NCBI GenBank assembly: GCA_963617165.1
Contig: CAVEOF010000001.1
Coordinates: 3,006 to 67,005, forward strand
Reading direction: 5' to 3'
DNA: 64,000 nt
From: Coriobacteriaceae bacterium
GTDB lineage: Bacteria; Bacillota; Clostridia; Oscillospirales; CAG-272
A program made the position numbers and the translations under genes. Positions 61,853 through 64,000 of this stretch are shown here, one piece after another (position 1 is the first letter of the stretch; each line of letters starts with the position of its first letter). The notes under the pieces were generated by a model, which ran no database searches, was not told the origin of the DNA, and saw only the letters and a list, made by a program, of their open reading frames with translations.

Positions 61853-63373
61853 TCAGACCTCCGAATACACGGGGCTGTCGTAGTCGATGAAGGTCTCCTG
61901 CTCGGAGATAAAGCGCTTTGCGCTGTTCTTCTGCTTTCTGACATAGACCCAGCCGCAGATCTCGAGCGAGATGATGGGGGTCAATGCCACGAAGGCGACA
62001 CAGCCGAACGCCTGCGTCATGACATTCTCCCCGAGCGTCTGACAGGCGCCGATGGCGAGAGGAAGTACGAAGGCGCTCATCATCGTACCGCTCGCGACTC
62101 CGCCCGAATCGAAGGCGATACCGACAAAGATCTTCGGCACGAAGAAGGAGAGCAGGATCGCGATCGCGTAGCCGGGGATCAGAATATACATAATGGAAAT
62201 TCCCGTCAGAATTCGAAACACCGAAAGTCCGAGAGCGGACGCGACACCGAAAGAGAGTCCGAGTCCGAGGGTACGCCCCGAAATGGCACCCGCCGTCATA
62301 TGCTCGACCTGCTTATTCAGGACGTAGACCGACGGCTCCGCCTTGACGATAAAGAAGCCGAGGAGCATACTGACGGGGATCAGAAGAAGTCCCGAGCCGA
62401 CACCCGCAAGATCGGAGCCGAGGGTGTAGCCGATGGGAATGAAGCCGATGTTCGCTCCCGCGAGGAAGACGGTCAGACCGAGGAAGGTATAGAGAATACC
62501 GACGCCGATACGAATCAGCTGCTTTCTGCCGAAGGCGTGAGTGACAAGTTGGAAGAAGACAGTAAAGACGAGGATGGGCAGAAGGGCGATCAGCACCTCC
62601 TTCGCATAGTCGCCGAGAGCACCGAGGTAGCGGAGAACCCCCTCGCGGGTGTCGACAACGGGTGCGTCGACCGGGTAGTTATACTCCCCTCCCCCGATCT
62701 CGATCACAAGTCCGAGAATGAGCACCGAGAGGATCGGTCCGATGCTGCAAAGAGAGATAATACTGAAGGAATCGTCCCTCCCCTGCTTCGATCTCGCGGA
62801 GGAAACACCCGCGCCGAGTGCCATCAGAAAGGGCACGGTCATGGGACCCGTCGTCACTCCGCCCGAATCAAAAGCGACCGCGTACAGCGTATCGGGCACA
62901 AAGAAACAAAGAAGAAAGGCGAGCGAATAGAAGATCGTCAGAAGCAGTGTCAGGGAGACGCTGAAGACAATATGTAACAGAGCAATCACAAGGAAGATGC
63001 CGACGCCGACCGATACGGTGAGGATCAGAAGCCAGTTCGGGACATCCGAAATCTGAGTCGCAAGGATCTGCAGATCGGGTTCGGACACCGTGACGGCGAC
63101 GCCGATGATGAAACTGACGAGAGCGATCAGCCAGATTTTTCCCGTCGAAGCTACGGTCGCACCGATCTTCGTCCCGAGGGGCTGCATCGACATCTCCGCA
63201 CCCATCGTGAAAATCGCCATTCCGAGAATGAGGAAGACAACACCGAAGGCGAACAGCAGAAACGTTCCCGACGGCATCGGGGCGATAGTGAGCGCGAGAA
63301 GCAGGACGATCGCGCCGATCGGAAGGATGGAAGTCGCGGATTCTTTGAGTTTGTCGATTAGTATTCGCGGCAT
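61853..63373 (-). CDS. duplicated DUF1538-family integral membrane protein (putative transporter)
   Basis: 506 aa, polytopic. The motif AFDSGGVTTGPMTVPF in half 1 is echoed by AFDSGGVASGTMMSAF in half 2. The family assignment is from memory. Confidence 0.65.
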   Translation of the reverse strand: MPRILIDKLKESATSILPIGAIVLLLALTIAPMPSGTFLLFAFGVVFLILGMAIFTMGAEMSMQPLGTKIGATVASTGKIWLIALVSFIIGVAVTVSEPDLQILATQISDVPNWLLILTVSVGVGIFLVIALLHIVFSVSLTLLLTIFYSLAFLLCFFVPDTLYAVAFDSGGVTTGPMTVPFLMALGAGVSSARSKQGRDDSFSIISLCSIGPILSVLILGLVIEIGGGEYNYPVDAPVVDTREGVLRYLGALGDYAKEVLIALLPILVFTVFFQLVTHAFGRKQLIRIGVGILYTFLGLTVFLAGANIGFIPIGYTLGSDLAGVGSGLLLIPVSMLLGFFIVKAEPSVYVLNKQVEHMTAGAISGRTLGLGLSFGVASALGLSVFRILTGISIMYILIPGYAIAILLSFFVPKIFVGIAFDSGGVASGTMMSAFVLPLAIGACQTLGENVMTQAFGCVAFVALTPIISLEICGWVYVRKQKNSAKRFISEQETFIDYDSPVYSEV

Positions 63374-63418
63374 GGAAGAACCTCCTTTTCAGAAAACACT
63401 TTTAATTTTTTCCATAAT

Positions 63419-63447
63419 ATCATACCATGTTTTCCCGTTCGTGTCAA
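63419..63447 (-). promoter_or_regulatory. consensus sigma-A promoter of the DUF1538 operon (TTGACA-17-TATGAT with TGn)
   Basis: Reverse complement reads tccTTGACAcgaacgggaaaacaTGgTATGATattatgg. Confidence 0.65.
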
Positions 63448-63763
63448 GGATTTTTGTGCACACGCGAAGATTTTTTACAAAATCCCGCGTTTCGTTCGAA
63501 AAGGCGCTTTCCGCGCGGCACTCTCCCGCGCGGTGGGAAGAGACCGAAGGAAGACGCGAGCGTAGCTTGCGGGGACTCTGCGGGACACGGCGGGAGTTGG
63601 TAAGAACATGCGGATTCGCCGCAAGATTTCTCACAGAACGCGGCGAGCTTGGTAAGACGTGCGAGGTGCGCCGTGCGGAATTCTTCGCAGAGTGTGGCGA
63701 AAATTTTCAGAGAAGAAGCAAGCGTGCCGCTCGGGGTTCTCCGCGGATCGGGTCGAAATTTGC

Positions 63764-63820
63764 AAAAAACGCGAATCGCTTCGCACGCAGTCCAAGCCGT
63801 CGCGTGCAAATCGATTCGCG
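63764..63820 (-). terminator. intrinsic terminator of the upstream (M20 peptidase-like) gene
   Basis: mRNA strand reads CGCGAATCG..(inner GCACGC/GCGTGC stem)..CGATTCGCG followed by TTTTTTGC. Confidence 0.65.
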
Positions 63821-63852
63821 CTTTATGGTATTTTTGTATAGATTACTTTATA

Positions 63853-64000
63853 TTACAGTTGTTTCATCAGACGAAGAAAGAATTCCGCCGCGCGTCCGAC
63901 GACCTCCGTGCGGATGCGCTCGTTGTTGCCGTGGATGGTGCCGCGTTCCTCCGCGGTCAGATCCATGGCGGAGAAGCGGTACACCTTATCCGAGAGGACG
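63853..64000 (-). CDS. 3' end of a gene entering from the window edge; C-terminus resembles M20-family metallopeptidases
   Basis: Hand translation gives ...VLSDKVYRFSAMDLTAEERGTIHGNNERIRTEVVGRAAEFFLRLMKQL*, with TAA at 63853-63855. The YRFSP...IHGxNERI pattern is recalled from the M20/CPS1-like family. Confidence 0.5.
   Translation of the reverse strand, partial: VLSDKVYRFSAMDLTAEERGTIHGNNERIRTEVVGRAAEFFLRLMKQL

Overview
This is a GC-rich, Clostridia-type chromosomal segment (spore-former signature; likely a gut Oscillospiraceae/Ruminococcaceae-like organism, taxon not verifiable here). The minus strand carries the transcription/translation core. That core comprises rpoB-rpoC, rpsL-rpsG-fusA-tuf, and a complete S10-spc-alpha cluster (rpsJ through rplQ, including secY, adk, map, infA, rpmJ, rpoA). 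Other housekeeping genes are polA, prfC-trmB, metNIQ plus a LysR regulator, feoAB, cls, pyk and a HAD-IIA phosphatase. Accessory genes are a GH29 fucosidase, an insulated GT2 glycosyltransferase between rpoC and rpsL, and a SipL-like DUF3794/LysM sporulation protein. The accessory set also includes a fused double RadC/JAB protein, a surface operon (LamG-like x2 + SASA esterase, then an LRR lipoprotein), and a duplicated DUF1538 membrane protein with a tandem PII-like protein. I found no rRNA, tRNA, CRISPR array, transposase or integrase. The least expected signal is non-coding. Several intergenic regions hold ordered repeat arrays. These include a helically phased Pho-box-like array of GTCATTGA boxes after polA and an 11 x 22-bp array filling a 3' UTR. 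They also include inverted AT-rich heptamer arrays around a 109-nt hairpin, 4 x ~47-bp repeats seeded by a gene's 3' end, and a 22-nt exact direct repeat bracketing the SipL-like gene. Most long ORFs antisense to core genes are GC-driven shadow ORFs. All functional calls rest on my recognition of translated motifs and on gene order; no database search was run.
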